A stretch of DNA of 64,000 nt from Spirochaetota bacterium (GCA_050298055.1 JBNKTL010000005.1:39094-103093); one strand, 5' to 3'. Positions 10,100 to 20,619 are shown, counted from the stretch's first letter. Program-made: numbers and translations. The notes: generated by a model not told the origin, from the sequence alone.

Positions 10100-10219
10100 T
10101 TAATTATGTAAACATATTTATGAAAAAAATACCTGATATGTCCTCGCCGCCTTCGGCGGCGAGGACATAAAAGTTAATTTTTTAAATACACTTATTTTTA
10201 ATCATAGCTGAATAGTAAT
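10100..10219. mobile_element. MITE-like palindromic element, copy 3 (left end lost)
   Basis: Central hairpin TATGTCCTCGCCGCC-TTC-GGCGGCGAGGACATA and right TIR CATAGCTGAATAGTAAT; left TIR not recognisable, so the left coordinate is approximate. Confidence 0.7.
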
Positions 10220-10292
10220 AATAAAATATAAAATATCTTTTTTTGAAGCAGAAGCATGAGAGAATTGTCATATCTATTGGACGGGAACAGTA

Positions 10293-10823
10293 ATGGGAAA
10301 ATGCACGGAATACGATGAAAAGGCGATTTGTGAGGATGTAAAGAGCATGCTCAAGAAGGTTGAGCAGAGCCGGAGCAGCCTTATCCCCCTTCTTCAGAAT
10401 ATCCAGGAAAAGTACTGCTTCCTCGCGCCGGAAGCCATTGAACTTATTGCGGATAAGCTCAACCTGAATACCTGCGAAGTATACGGTGTTGCTACCTTCT
10501 ACAACCAGTTCAGGTTTCACCCTCCCGGGAAACACCAGGTCAAGGTCTGTATGGGGACCGCATGCCATGTAAAGGGCGGAGATATTATTCTTGAGAACTT
10601 TGAAAGGAAACTCGATATAAAGGTCGGCCAGACCACAGAGGACAGGGAGTTCAGCGTGGACAAGGTTGCCTGTATCGGGTGCTGCGCCCTTGCCCCTGCG
10701 GTGGTTATTGATGAGAAGATACATGCCTATATGTCTCCCAGCAAGGTTGAAGGGATCTTTCTCGGCTACGAGATTGAGAAAGAGATGCAGGCCCGGAAAG
10801 AGAAAAACCGGCAGGACCAGTAG
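10293..10823 (+). CDS. NuoE/HydC-like [2Fe-2S] subunit (HylC-like)
   Basis: LIPLLQ, VYGVATFY, CMGTACHVKG and CIGCCALAP. Confidence 0.93.
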   Translation: MGKCTEYDEKAICEDVKSMLKKVEQSRSSLIPLLQNIQEKYCFLAPEAIELIADKLNLNTCEVYGVATFYNQFRFHPPGKHQVKVCMGTACHVKGGDIILENFERKLDIKVGQTTEDREFSVDKVACIGCCALAPAVVIDEKIHAYMSPSKVEGIFLGYEIEKEMQARKEKNRQDQ

Positions 10824-10838
10824 AGAAGGAAAAGAGTA

Positions 10839-12779
10839 TTGGAGCAGAGCAGGATAGAGAGTATCGTTTCGGCTTACGATGAATTGAAAAAGAAAGCTGA
10901 AAGTTCCCCGGGGGAGAAGGGCAGAGAGGGTATTCCGAAAATTGTCATAGGGATGGCCACCTGCGGAAGGGCCGCCGGGGCTGACGAGATAGACCTGGTT
11001 TTCCGGGAAACACTTGAAGAGAGGAATGTGGAGGCTGATATTATCCATGTGGGATGTATCGGCCACTGCTATGCCGAACCTATCGTCATCATAGAGAATC
11101 CCGGATTCCCGCCGATATTCTACTATAATGTGACTGCCGGAAAGGCAAAGATCCTTGTTAAGTCATTCCTTGAAAAAGGCGATCCCCACTTTGAATATGT
11201 CCTGGGAGCGATGGAAGAGAATGACCTGATACCGCCGGTGTCAGGGTTTCCCCGGTTCGGGAAGGAAAAGCGGATTGTCATGGAACTCTGTGGCCGCATC
11301 GATCCGGAGAACATCTATGACTATATCCGGCAGGGAGGATACGGCAGTATTCCGGAGATCTTTCGCAGGGAGCCCGCGGAGATAGTGGAAGAGGTGAAGA
11401 AGTCCCGGCTCAGGGGAAGGGGCGGCGCCGGTTTTCCCGCGGGGCTTAAGCTTGAAATGACCATGGCATCTCACGGAGATGAAAAGTATATCATATGCAA
11501 TGCCGACGAAGGGGACCCCGGGGCCTATATGGACAGGACCATTATCGAAAGCAATCCCCACCAGCTCATTGAGGGGATGCTCATATCCGCCTATGCTGTG
11601 GGCGCTTCAAAGGGCATTGTCTATGTCCGGCATGAGTACCCCCTTGCGGTGAGGACCCTGGAAAAGGCTCTTGAAAGCGCCGAAGAAATCGGGCTCCTGG
11701 GAATGAACATTCTCGGTTCCGGTTTCGACTTTACACTGTCGGTTTTTCAGGGGTCCGGCGCTTTCGTCTGCGGAGAGGAAACGGCGCTGATCCGGTCCGT
11801 TGAAGGGAAAAGGGGGTGTCCCGTGAGCCGTCCCCCTTATCCTTCCGGGAAGGGACTTTACGGCAGACCCACACTTATCAATAACGTAAAAACAATTTCA
11901 ACACTGCCCGCGATTATTAAAAAGGGAAGCGGCTGGTTTTCAGGTACAGGCACGGAAGGGAGTCCCGGGACCGCAATCTTTTCCATTGTGGGTGATGTTC
12001 TTCACGCGGGGCTTGTGGAGATCCCCATGGGTGTCACCATACGCTCCCTTATCTTCGATATCTGCGGCGGCATCCCCAATCATAAAAAGTTCAAGGCGGT
12101 ACAGATAGGCGGTCCCTCAGGGGGCTGTCTGCCGGAGGAGTGCCTGGATACACCCATAGATTTCGATTCGCTTAAGGAAGCCGGGGCCATGATGGGCTCC
12201 GGCGGAATGGTGGTCATGGATGAGGACACATGCATGGTTGATGTGGCCCGGTACTTCCTTGAGTTTACCCAGAACGAATCGTGCGGCAAGTGTACCTTCT
12301 GCCGGATCGGGACAAAGCACCTTCTCTCCATCCTCGAAAGGATAACCCGCGGTGAAGGAAGGGAGGGGGACATCGAGCTCCTGGAAGAACTCAGCAGGGA
12401 CATAAAGGAAGGTTCTCTCTGTAACCTGGGGAAGACAGCGCCAAACCCGGTCCTTACCACAATTAAGTATTTCCGGGAGGAGTATGAGGCGCATATAAAG
12501 GAGAAGAAGTGTCCCTCGTTGAGCTGCCGGTCTCTCACGGCATTCTATATTGACCTCGATAAGTGCGCCAGGGGATGCGACGCGTGCGTGGGAAGCTGCC
12601 CGGTTGACTGCATCTTCACAACAAAGGGCAGGAAGAAGGGGATAGACCAGGAGACATGCGTGAAATGCGGTGAATGCGTCACTGCCTGTCCCGACGAATA
12701 TGATGCGGTCATAAAGATATCCCCCGCCGGCCTGGTGCCGGTAGTGGAAAGACTTGAAGACGCGGGACATAAGAAATAG
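10839..12779 (+). CDS. NuoF/HydB-like FMN/NADH-binding subunit (HylB-like)
   Basis: LRGRGGAGFP, NADEGDPGAYMDR, GAFVCGEETAL, GGPSGG, ESCGKCTFCR; N-terminal Trx-like [2Fe-2S] domain and C-terminal 2x[4Fe-4S]. Confidence 0.93.
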   Translation: MEQSRIESIVSAYDELKKKAESSPGEKGREGIPKIVIGMATCGRAAGADEIDLVFRETLEERNVEADIIHVGCIGHCYAEPIVIIENPGFPPIFYYNVTAGKAKILVKSFLEKGDPHFEYVLGAMEENDLIPPVSGFPRFGKEKRIVMELCGRIDPENIYDYIRQGGYGSIPEIFRREPAEIVEEVKKSRLRGRGGAGFPAGLKLEMTMASHGDEKYIICNADEGDPGAYMDRTIIESNPHQLIEGMLISAYAVGASKGIVYVRHEYPLAVRTLEKALESAEEIGLLGMNILGSGFDFTLSVFQGSGAFVCGEETALIRSVEGKRGCPVSRPPYPSGKGLYGRPTLINNVKTISTLPAIIKKGSGWFSGTGTEGSPGTAIFSIVGDVLHAGLVEIPMGVTIRSLIFDICGGIPNHKKFKAVQIGGPSGGCLPEECLDTPIDFDSLKEAGAMMGSGGMVVMDEDTCMVDVARYFLEFTQNESCGKCTFCRIGTKHLLSILERITRGEGREGDIELLEELSRDIKEGSLCNLGKTAPNPVLTTIKYFREEYEAHIKEKKCPSLSCRSLTAFYIDLDKCARGCDACVGSCPVDCIFTTKGRKKGIDQETCVKCGECVTACPDEYDAVIKISPAGLVPVVERLEDAGHKK

Positions 12780-12781
12780 TC

Positions 12782-13426
12782 ATGGTAAAGATATTTGTGG
12801 ACAACAGGGAACTTGAAGCCGAAGCCGGGGCAAATCTGTTGAAGATATGTCTTGATCATGACATCTATATCCCGAACCTCTGTTATGTCCAGGGGATGGA
12901 GGAGCCACCGGCATCCTGCAGGCTCTGCTTTGTGGATGTTGAAGGTGAAAAGGAACCCCTTGCCGCCTGTACCCTGGAGGCCAGGGAAGGTCTCAGGGTG
13001 AACACGGACACTCCCCGGGTCAGGAAACTTCAGAAGGCGGCCCTGGAACTGATCATGTCGACCCACCGGATCGACTGCGGAAACTGCCCCTCAAGCAAAA
13101 ACTGTGTCCTGATAAAAATCAGCAAATTACTGAAGATACCCCTGAAACCGAAAAGGGTCGAAGGGATAAACCGTGAGAGGGAGGCGGAAGAGCATCCATT
13201 CCTTGTCTATGACCATACCAAATGTGTTATGTGCAGAAAATGCATCTACAGGTGCGGCCGGCTTTATGAACATCCCTATCTCACAGTAGGGGGAAGGGGC
13301 CTGGAGGCAGGTATCAGCTTTTTCGGTGAAACCGATCCGGAGAAGATCCCATGTAAAGACTGCCTGGCCTGTGTTGAGGAATGCCCGGTCTCGGCGCTTG
13401 TGCCCCGTGACCCCCTGACCTCCTAA
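12782..13426 (+). CDS. Fe-S protein resembling the N-terminus of NuoG/HydA/FdhA (HylA-like), no catalytic domain
   Basis: [2Fe-2S] (IPNLC...ASCRLC...AAC), HxxxCxxCxxxxxC and two ferredoxin motifs; ends at 214 aa. Confidence 0.88.
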   Translation: MVKIFVDNRELEAEAGANLLKICLDHDIYIPNLCYVQGMEEPPASCRLCFVDVEGEKEPLAACTLEAREGLRVNTDTPRVRKLQKAALELIMSTHRIDCGNCPSSKNCVLIKISKLLKIPLKPKRVEGINREREAEEHPFLVYDHTKCVMCRKCIYRCGRLYEHPYLTVGGRGLEAGISFFGETDPEKIPCKDCLACVEECPVSALVPRDPLTS

Positions 13427-13437
13427 GAGGGCAGTTG

Positions 13438-13509
13438 GCCCCCTAACCCCCGGAGGGGGCACAAGAGTTCAGGAAAAGAATCTTTCGCCCCCTCAGGGGG
13501 ATGGGGGGA
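13438..13509. repeat. Intergenic palindromic repeat, C/G-run family, copy 1
   Basis: GCCCCCTAACCCCCGGAGGGGGCA...CGCCCCCTCAGGGGGATGGGGGGA; arms nearly identical to 51250-51321. Confidence 0.8.
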
Positions 13510-13560
13510 ATGATTAAGGCAGATTCTGTGGCAAATGAGAAAATGAGTTAAGAATTAAAT

Positions 13561-14175
13561 ATGAACAAAAAATACATCATAAAAGCAAACTCCCTCTCAA
13601 AGAGGTTCGGGAGGCAGCGGCTTTTTAAAGAGATTAACTTCCGGGTTGAAACCGGGGGTTCTCTGGCTGTGACCGGGCCCAACGGGTCGGGGAAATCCAC
13701 CCTGGTCCAGATACTGGCGGGGCTGCAGGCCCCCACAAAGGGGAAAGTGGAGTTCAGGCAGAATGACAGGGTGCTGGAGAAATATTCCCTGAACGCTCAC
13801 TACGGATTTATCAGCCCCCTTATCAATCCCTACGATGAACTTACGGGAATTGAGAATATCCGTTTCTCACTGAAAGGGGCCCCTGATGAGGAGAAGATCA
13901 AATCGCTCCTTGAGGACTTTAAACTCTTTGAACAGAGGAACAGGATCGTGCGGCACTACTCATCGGGCATGAAACAGAGGCTCAAGTTCATCATATCCGT
14001 CATTAACGATCCCCCTGTTCTTTTTCTCGATGAACCGGGGACAAATCTTGACAGGGAGGGGAAGGAGACAATCTATTCATATATAAAGAACATAAGGAAA
14101 GATAAGCTGATTGTTATGGCCACCAACGAGAAGGAAGAGGTCAGGCTCTGCGGCGGGGAGGTCAGGATTGCTTGA
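13561..14175 (+). CDS. ccmA: Heme exporter ATP-binding protein CcmA
   Basis: Walker A GPNGSGKST, signature YSSGMKQR, LDEP; first gene of the ccm run. Confidence 0.9.
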   Translation: MNKKYIIKANSLSKRFGRQRLFKEINFRVETGGSLAVTGPNGSGKSTLVQILAGLQAPTKGKVEFRQNDRVLEKYSLNAHYGFISPLINPYDELTGIENIRFSLKGAPDEEKIKSLLEDFKLFEQRNRIVRHYSSGMKQRLKFIISVINDPPVLFLDEPGTNLDREGKETIYSYIKNIRKDKLIVMATNEKEEVRLCGGEVRIA

Positions 14176-14830
14176 GGAGATTATCAGGAACCTGAAAAAG
14201 GACCTCAGGGTTGAGTTCAGAAACCGCTCGGCCCTGAATATTTCCCTGGCCTTCGCGGGGATATCGACCCTTGCAATAAGCCTGGCAACCGGCGGCGTCC
14301 CCTTTTCAGTGAAGCTCCAGGCGGTTCTCCTCTGGATCATCATGTTCTTCAGCGCCATGAACGGGCTGGCCCACATTTTCACCCGGGAAGAGGAGGAGAG
14401 GACCTCCCTTTTTCTCAGGCTAAATACCTCCCTGGAGTCCATATTCCTCTCAAAGCTGGTTTTTAACTTCCTTTTTTTTCTGGTTTTACAGATCGTCGTG
14501 TGCCCTCTCTATGTCTTTTTCCTGCAGATTGAGGTGAAATCGCCTCTTCTCTTCCTGCTCGTAGTCTTTTCAGGGGGGATATCCATATCCTCTGCCACCA
14601 CAATACTGGGGGCCATGGTCTCCCGGGCGGGAGGCAAGGGGTCCCTTTTCACGGTGATCTCCTTTCCCATTATTCTGCCGGTCCTCTGGATCGCCATCTC
14701 CTCCACATCAGAGGCCCTGGAGAAAGGGGACGCGTCCGGGTACGGCACCATCCTTTTTTTCCTTGCATTTTCAGGTGTAATAATATCTTTATCATTTTTA
14801 CTGTTCAGGTATATCTGGGTTGAAGAATGA
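14168..14830 (+). CDS. ccmB: Heme exporter permease CcmB
   Basis: KKDLRVEFR N-terminus, about 6 TM, FPIILPVL; TTG start overlaps the ccmA stop. Confidence 0.88.
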   Translation: MLEEIIRNLKKDLRVEFRNRSALNISLAFAGISTLAISLATGGVPFSVKLQAVLLWIIMFFSAMNGLAHIFTREEEERTSLFLRLNTSLESIFLSKLVFNFLFFLVLQIVVCPLYVFFLQIEVKSPLLFLLVVFSGGISISSATTILGAMVSRAGGKGSLFTVISFPIILPVLWIAISSTSEALEKGDASGYGTILFFLAFSGVIISLSFLLFRYIWVEE

Positions 14831-15495
14831 AAATATCAAGAATTGCATACCTCCTGATGCCGGTATCTATCTACATGGCATTCATGTTCGCGCCCCCGGC
14901 TGAGATTCTCGGGGACGCAAGCCGGATAATCTATTTTCATGTGCCCCTGGCATGGGGGTCCGCGCTGGCTTTTATTTATTCGGGGATTGTTTCGATTCTC
15001 CACCTGGTTGATAAAGATAAGAAGTACATGCTGCTGGACGAGAAGGCGTATAATTCCGCCCATGTGGGGATGCTCTATACAATTCTCGCACTGATTACCG
15101 GCTCCATCTGGGCCAAGGTCAGCTGGGGGAGCTACTGGAACTGGGACCCCCGTCAGACCTCCATAACAGCGCTTGTCCTCATATACATCGCCTATTTCAG
15201 CCTCTGGTCCGCACTCTCCGGCAACGCGAACAGGGGGAGGATCTGTTCATCCTACCTGATCTTTGCCATGGTTACCGTTCCCTTCTTTGTTTTCATTATA
15301 CCGAGGATGTATCCCACATTGCACCCTGATCCGATTATTAACCCGGAGAAAAAACTCAAACTTGACGTATCAATGAGGATAACCCTGCTTACGGCAATGG
15401 TTGCGTTTACTCTACTCTATACATATCTTTTGAGTCTCATGAACAGACTGTCACGGGCAGAGAATACATTTAAGGACAAGTTTGATGAAATATAG
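14827..15495 (+). CDS. ccmC: Heme exporter CcmC
   Basis: YFHVP, WWD domain TGSIWAKVSWGSYWNWDPRQT, LHP. Confidence 0.95.
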   Translation: MKISRIAYLLMPVSIYMAFMFAPPAEILGDASRIIYFHVPLAWGSALAFIYSGIVSILHLVDKDKKYMLLDEKAYNSAHVGMLYTILALITGSIWAKVSWGSYWNWDPRQTSITALVLIYIAYFSLWSALSGNANRGRICSSYLIFAMVTVPFFVFIIPRMYPTLHPDPIINPEKKLKLDVSMRITLLTAMVAFTLLYTYLLSLMNRLSRAENTFKDKFDEI

Positions 15496-15814
15496 AAGCG
15501 CAATAATTATTTTTTTCGTAACAATACACTTTCTTGCCTTCCCAATTAAGTTTCAAAAGCCCGGAGAGAAGCTGTCTCATACCGGTAAATGGGAAAATAT
15601 CTGTGCCGGAACCGCATTTTCGAAGCTTTACGCGGATGAAAAAAAGAGTTCCGCTCAACCGGAAACAGCTGTAAAAGAAGAAGAGAGCCCGGAGAAGGGA
15701 AAGCTCTTCAAGGTCATGGTTGTTGTTATGGCCATATGGCTGGGACTGGCATTCTACCTCTTCAGGCTCGACAAAAAAATTACCCGATTGGAGAAAGACG
15801 TTAATGAACTTTAA
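15485..15814 (+). CDS. ccmD: CcmD-family membrane protein
   Basis: Lies between ccmC and ccmE; C-terminal TM followed by YLFRLDKKITRLEK. Confidence 0.7.
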   Translation: MKYRSAIIIFFVTIHFLAFPIKFQKPGEKLSHTGKWENICAGTAFSKLYADEKKSSAQPETAVKEEESPEKGKLFKVMVVVMAIWLGLAFYLFRLDKKITRLEKDVNEL

Positions 15815-16199
15815 GAGAATGGGAATTTTCCTGGGGGCAATGATTCTCCTCATCGTTGCCATATTGTCCCTGAGTGATGATGTAATGACCCCCTATGTTA
15901 CGGTGGCCGAGGCAAAAGAGGCTTCCGGTAAACTGGTGCAGGTTATCGGCAAGCTTGATAAATCCGTACCCCGGAAGCATACGGAGAAGGAGCTCTTCTA
16001 TACAATTATCGATGATAAAAAAGTAACCATGGACGTGGTCTATACAGGGATAAAACCGCAGAACTTTGAGAGGGCCGACCAGATCGTTTCCCGGGGAAAG
16101 TATGATACCGGGAAAAATATCTTCGTGGCAGACAGGATCCTTGTAAAATGTCCGTCCAAGTATAAAGAAGAGCACCCGGAAAGGGTAAAGGGGAATTAA
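15804..16199 (+). CDS. ccmE: Heme chaperone CcmE (CxxxY variant)
   Basis: N-terminal anchor, PQNF, and KCPSKY heme-binding motif. Confidence 0.93.
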   Translation: MNFKRMGIFLGAMILLIVAILSLSDDVMTPYVTVAEAKEASGKLVQVIGKLDKSVPRKHTEKELFYTIIDDKKVTMDVVYTGIKPQNFERADQIVSRGKYDTGKNIFVADRILVKCPSKYKEEHPERVKGN

Positions 16200-16205
16200 A
16201 CGAAC

Positions 16206-18389
16206 ATGAATTTGGGAAATCTATTACTCTACGCGTCTCTTGCTGCATCCATGGCTGCGGTTTTCTTCTATTTACGGAATACCGGCGGCAGTGAGCCGGG
16301 CATCAATCTCTCAAGAAAGCTCTTTTACACGACAAGTCTCCTCATAGGAGCTGCTGTTATCCTGCTCCTTTTTTATTTTTTAAATAATGATTTCAGGTTC
16401 TCCTATGTGTATGCCTATTCCAACAGGGAACTTGAGTGGTACTACCTGGTGTCCGCCTTCTGGGCGGGCCAGCCCGGGAGTTTCCTCCTCTGGCTTTTTA
16501 TCCTGAACATCTTCGGTATCTTTGTTATCAGGAAACATGATGAAGAAGAAAATATTCTGATGACGGTAATGATACTGGTCCAGGTCGCAATAATTGTTCT
16601 GCTGGTTGTGGACAGTCCCTTTAAATATATCTGGGACCAGTACACGAACCTCAGGCCGGGAGAGTTTCCCCCGGACGGTTCGGGATTAAATCCCCTCCTT
16701 ATTGACCCGTGGATGATTGTCCATCCGCCGGTCCTCTTTGTGGGTTATGCGTCCGCCACAGTCCCCTTCGCCTATACCATTGACGGTCTTATAAGAAAGG
16801 ACTATACCTCGTGGATAAACAGGTCTTATAACTGGGTGATGTTCAGCTTTGTCTCCCTGGGAATCGGAATATTCCTGGGAGGATACTGGTCATACAAGGT
16901 CCTCGGATGGGGCGGTTACTGGGGATGGGACCCGGTGGAGAATTCCTCCCTTGTCCCCTGGCTTGTGGGCCTCATCCTCTTTCACAGCATGCTCCTTTAC
17001 AGAAGAAAGAAAGTCCTGGTAAGAACAACCGTTCTCGCATCACTGTTGTACATTATCTTTGTCTTCTACGGGACCTATCTTACCCGAAGCGGTATTCTCA
17101 AGGACTTTTCGGTCCATTCCTTCGGTGATTCGGTTATCGGGGTTTTCCTGGGTGTTTTTATTCTCCTCCTTATTGCCGTGAGCGGTTTTCTTTATGTTAA
17201 GCGGTTCAGGGACATGAAGCCCCTTTCACAGCCGGTTGACCAGAACCTCTTCAGCTGGGACACTCTCCTGGCCTATGGTCTTATCACGCTGGGGGTCTAT
17301 ACGTTCCTTATCCTGATTGGAACCTCCTGGCCCATCATTACCGGGATAATTTTACCAAAGGCAATTGTTGTTACTGAGAAGTTCTATAACAGCATCTCCA
17401 TACCCTTCGGGATACTCCTGCTGTTCCTTATGGTGTTTTCAACCCTGGCAGTTTCTTCAAAGAAACTCCTGGACATCAAGGATTTTGTTGCCATGGGCGG
17501 GGCAGTTGTCATTGCGGTTTTTTTCAACCTTATGTTTACCGATAAGATTGCGGCATATGCTTTAACCGCTGTGTCCCTGTTTGTAGTCCTTGAATTTCTC
17601 TACGATTTTTCAAAGCTGAAACCTTCGGCGATTCTGGCATCCCGGCTCTCCCACATTGGTCTTGGACTGATGGTTGTCGGTGTTATTACTTCAGGTTTTC
17701 ATTCAACAACCGACCAGAAAAAGTTATTTCTCAACAGGCCTGAAACAGTTGGTGGTGTTAACCTGACCTTTAACGGCTTTACAAGGGAGAAGGAAGCATC
17801 AATGATCTTTACGCTGAGGGACGGTGATACTTCCCGGCGCATTGCCATGAAATATTACATGTCAGAGAAGATGAAGTCCCTCTACAGGGAACCATATATA
17901 GATTACGGTTTTCTCGGAGATACCTACATTATCCCCGAGGATTACACACCGTCGTCAATTGCCGACAATAACGTGGTCCTGGCAAAGGGGCAGCAGCAGA
18001 ATATCGGCGGTGTGGATGTTAAATTTCTTAAATTTGACGCACGGCAGATGAGGGCGGCGGAACCGGTCATCTACGCGGAACTTCTTGTAAACGGGAAACG
18101 GGTCAAACCCGGAATAAAGATTGATAAGCGAAAGGCAAACAGGATCGACGCGAAGGTCCCCGGGACAGACCGGGTCATTTCCCTTCTCAGAATCAATCCC
18201 AGCGATGAGCTGATAGATATATTTGTCAGTCCCGGTAAGGATGTTAAAGTGGTCCCCGACAGTGTCATCGTGAAAGTCTCGCATAAAAGGCTTATCTGGA
18301 TTGTCTGGCTGGGGACAGTGTTAATAACAATTGGCGGCTGCTATGCGATTTACAGACACAGGCCCGCGTCTGCCGCGAAAAATGCCTGA
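16206..18389 (+). CDS. ccmF: Cytochrome c heme lyase CcmF
   Basis: GLNPLL..PWMIVHPP, WGGYWGWDPVENSSL, SVHSF, LSHIG. Confidence 0.96.
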   Translation: MNLGNLLLYASLAASMAAVFFYLRNTGGSEPGINLSRKLFYTTSLLIGAAVILLLFYFLNNDFRFSYVYAYSNRELEWYYLVSAFWAGQPGSFLLWLFILNIFGIFVIRKHDEEENILMTVMILVQVAIIVLLVVDSPFKYIWDQYTNLRPGEFPPDGSGLNPLLIDPWMIVHPPVLFVGYASATVPFAYTIDGLIRKDYTSWINRSYNWVMFSFVSLGIGIFLGGYWSYKVLGWGGYWGWDPVENSSLVPWLVGLILFHSMLLYRRKKVLVRTTVLASLLYIIFVFYGTYLTRSGILKDFSVHSFGDSVIGVFLGVFILLLIAVSGFLYVKRFRDMKPLSQPVDQNLFSWDTLLAYGLITLGVYTFLILIGTSWPIITGIILPKAIVVTEKFYNSISIPFGILLLFLMVFSTLAVSSKKLLDIKDFVAMGGAVVIAVFFNLMFTDKIAAYALTAVSLFVVLEFLYDFSKLKPSAILASRLSHIGLGLMVVGVITSGFHSTTDQKKLFLNRPETVGGVNLTFNGFTREKEASMIFTLRDGDTSRRIAMKYYMSEKMKSLYREPYIDYGFLGDTYIIPEDYTPSSIADNNVVLAKGQQQNIGGVDVKFLKFDARQMRAAEPVIYAELLVNGKRVKPGIKIDKRKANRIDAKVPGTDRVISLLRINPSDELIDIFVSPGKDVKVVPDSVIVKVSHKRLIWIVWLGTVLITIGGCYAIYRHRPASAAKNA

Positions 18390-18445
18390 CCTGTTAAGGT
18401 GAGAACAGCCGGGCTGAGAGGGAATAAAGAGGGACGGGACACAGG

Positions 18446-19300
18446 ATGTTTAGTATTTTATTTGCAATAACAATTATACTGTTTTCCACTACATCAGTAT
18501 TGTGCATGATGGCGATTTACTCGGTCAATGAGAGATACCAGTGGATTATCCGGATGCTCATTCCCGCTTCGGTCGTTTCATTTCTTTTCCTCGGATTTAT
18601 GAGGGTCTATTATTCGGAGATAAACACCTTTTTCTATCTCGCATCGGCAATCTGGAGTTATTTCTACCTCTTTTCCCTGGTGCTTCTGCTGGTCCTTGTC
18701 TACCTCTTTTTCTCAAAGTGGAAAACATACTGGAAACCCTTTGTGGCATTGATGTTTCCCTTTGTTACGATCATTTTGCTCATATCAACACCCTTTATCA
18801 ATTCAACGAGAAGGGTCTCAATCGATATAACCGGGAGTATTTTTGCCAACCACCTTCTTCCGGTCCATATATTTTTCACAATTGTGGGAGAGTTGTTTTT
18901 CTTTTTAAGTTTTGTGGGGTCAGTTCTCTACCTGGTCATGGAGTGGCAGTTGAGGCGAAAGGCTTCCATGAGGCTTATCTATAAGCTTCCCACTCTTGAA
19001 ACAATTGAAAAGTTCAACATGTGGGCAATCATACGGTCATTTCTTCTTCTTACTATCGGGCTTTACTTTGGGCTTACCATGGCTTTTACAAATTTCCACA
19101 CACCGTTTATGGGTACGGCCAAGGAAATGCATATTTATTTTTCCTGGATCGTTATCCTGGGGATTTTCTTTCTGAGGAGAATGAAAAAGCTTGTTTCCCA
19201 CAAGGTGAACCTGATAAACGCGGTGCTTTTTCTCATTATTATGTTTCTCTTTATGTTCACGAATATATATATTACCAAGGGTTTTCACAGCTTCCAATAG
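18446..19300 (+). CDS. CcsA/HemX-like cytochrome c assembly family membrane protein
   Basis: About 8 TM, PVHI, LPTLETIEK, C-terminal GFHSF; immediately upstream of hemA. Confidence 0.7.
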   Translation: MFSILFAITIILFSTTSVLCMMAIYSVNERYQWIIRMLIPASVVSFLFLGFMRVYYSEINTFFYLASAIWSYFYLFSLVLLLVLVYLFFSKWKTYWKPFVALMFPFVTIILLISTPFINSTRRVSIDITGSIFANHLLPVHIFFTIVGELFFFLSFVGSVLYLVMEWQLRRKASMRLIYKLPTLETIEKFNMWAIIRSFLLLTIGLYFGLTMAFTNFHTPFMGTAKEMHIYFSWIVILGIFFLRRMKKLVSHKVNLINAVLFLIIMFLFMFTNIYITKGFHSFQ

Positions 19301-19302
19301 AG

Positions 19303-20619
19303 ATGAATAAGGATACAAATAAATCAGAAACTCCGGAAGTGGGTCTTATCGGCATGAGTCATAAAACTGCGCCGGTTGATCTCCGGGAGCAGTTTGCGTT
19401 TACTGACGAAGAGATATCAAAATACATGGACCTCCTGCATGACCAAGGGATTGAAGAGACCGTATGTGTGTCAACATGCAACAGGGTGGAGATCTATTTT
19501 GCTTCCAGCAATGTCCGGGAAGCAGCGGAGCATATCATGAAGCTCCTGGAGGAGAAATCACAGACCAGCAGGAAGAAATTCGAAAAGATCCTCTATAAAA
19601 AGTATTCAAAAGATGCCATTAACCATGCAATGATGGTCTCCGCTTCACTGGATTCCCTGGTTGTGGGAGAGGATGAGATCCTGGGACAGATGAAGGACGC
19701 GTACAGGAAGTCAGCGGGAGAGAAGAGAACCGGGCAGGTCCTCAACAGGCTTTTTCACACTGCTTTTAAAACAGCAAAAAAGATACGGACTGAGACCGAG
19801 ATAGCCCGCAACCCCCTTTCCGTGGCGTATATTGCAACCGAACTGGCAATGAAGGTGTTCGAGGATATCTCCAAGAGGAAGGCCCTGCTCATTGGCGCAG
19901 GTGAGATGGGTGAACTTATTCTCAAGTATCTTACAAAGTACAATATCAGCGAGATATTCCTGGCAAACAGGTCGTTCCACAACGCGGAAAAAATCGCGCA
20001 GGAGATCAACAGGGACGCCCACATAATACCCCTGGAGGACATTACCGATGTGGCCGGCAAGGTTGATATTATCGTCTCATCTGTTTCTGTTCCGGAGTAT
20101 ATATTCAATACCGAAATGGGCAGGGAGGTTACCCGGGAAAGGGGGGACCAGCCCCTCTTTATGATAGACATATCCATACCCAGAAGTCTCGACCCGGGCC
20201 TTTCCGGAATGGACAATATATTTCTCTACAATGTTGATGACCTTCAGACAATTGCGGACGAAAATTTAAAGAACAGGCTGAAAGAAGTTGACCTTGCCCG
20301 GCAGCTTATCGAATCTGATGTGGATGAATTCTTTGCCTGGTATGAGGGACTGGTTGTGGTACCGGCAATTGTCTGTATACAGGAGAAGTTTGATGAGATA
20401 AGGTGCCGGGAACTGGGAAAGTACCGGAAGAGAAAACTGAAACACCTCTCTGACGAAGATTTCAAGCTCATAGAGGACCTGACGAACCAGATCATGACCA
20501 AGACATTGCATAATCCCATCATGTTTTTGAGAAGCTTTAATGCCGCGGACGATGATGAAAAAAAGGCCATAAAAGAGAACGTGAAGATCATTGAAGACCT
20601 CTTCCGGATGAGGGCATAA
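19303..20619 (+). CDS. hemA: Glutamyl-tRNA reductase
   Basis: SHKTAPV, STCNRVEIY, SLVVGEDEILGQ, IGAGEMG. ATG 19303 chosen because the longer ORF overlaps the upstream gene. Confidence 0.97.
   Translation: MNKDTNKSETPEVGLIGMSHKTAPVDLREQFAFTDEEISKYMDLLHDQGIEETVCVSTCNRVEIYFASSNVREAAEHIMKLLEEKSQTSRKKFEKILYKKYSKDAINHAMMVSASLDSLVVGEDEILGQMKDAYRKSAGEKRTGQVLNRLFHTAFKTAKKIRTETEIARNPLSVAYIATELAMKVFEDISKRKALLIGAGEMGELILKYLTKYNISEIFLANRSFHNAEKIAQEINRDAHIIPLEDITDVAGKVDIIVSSVSVPEYIFNTEMGREVTRERGDQPLFMIDISIPRSLDPGLSGMDNIFLYNVDDLQTIADENLKNRLKEVDLARQLIESDVDEFFAWYEGLVVVPAIVCIQEKFDEIRCRELGKYRKRKLKHLSDEDFKLIEDLTNQIMTKTLHNPIMFLRSFNAADDDEKKAIKENVKIIEDLFRMRA

Noticed and set aside
10293..13426. [FeFe]-hydrogenase or respiratory complex I
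   Set aside because: No H-cluster motifs and no other nuo genes; the third subunit ends at 214 aa.
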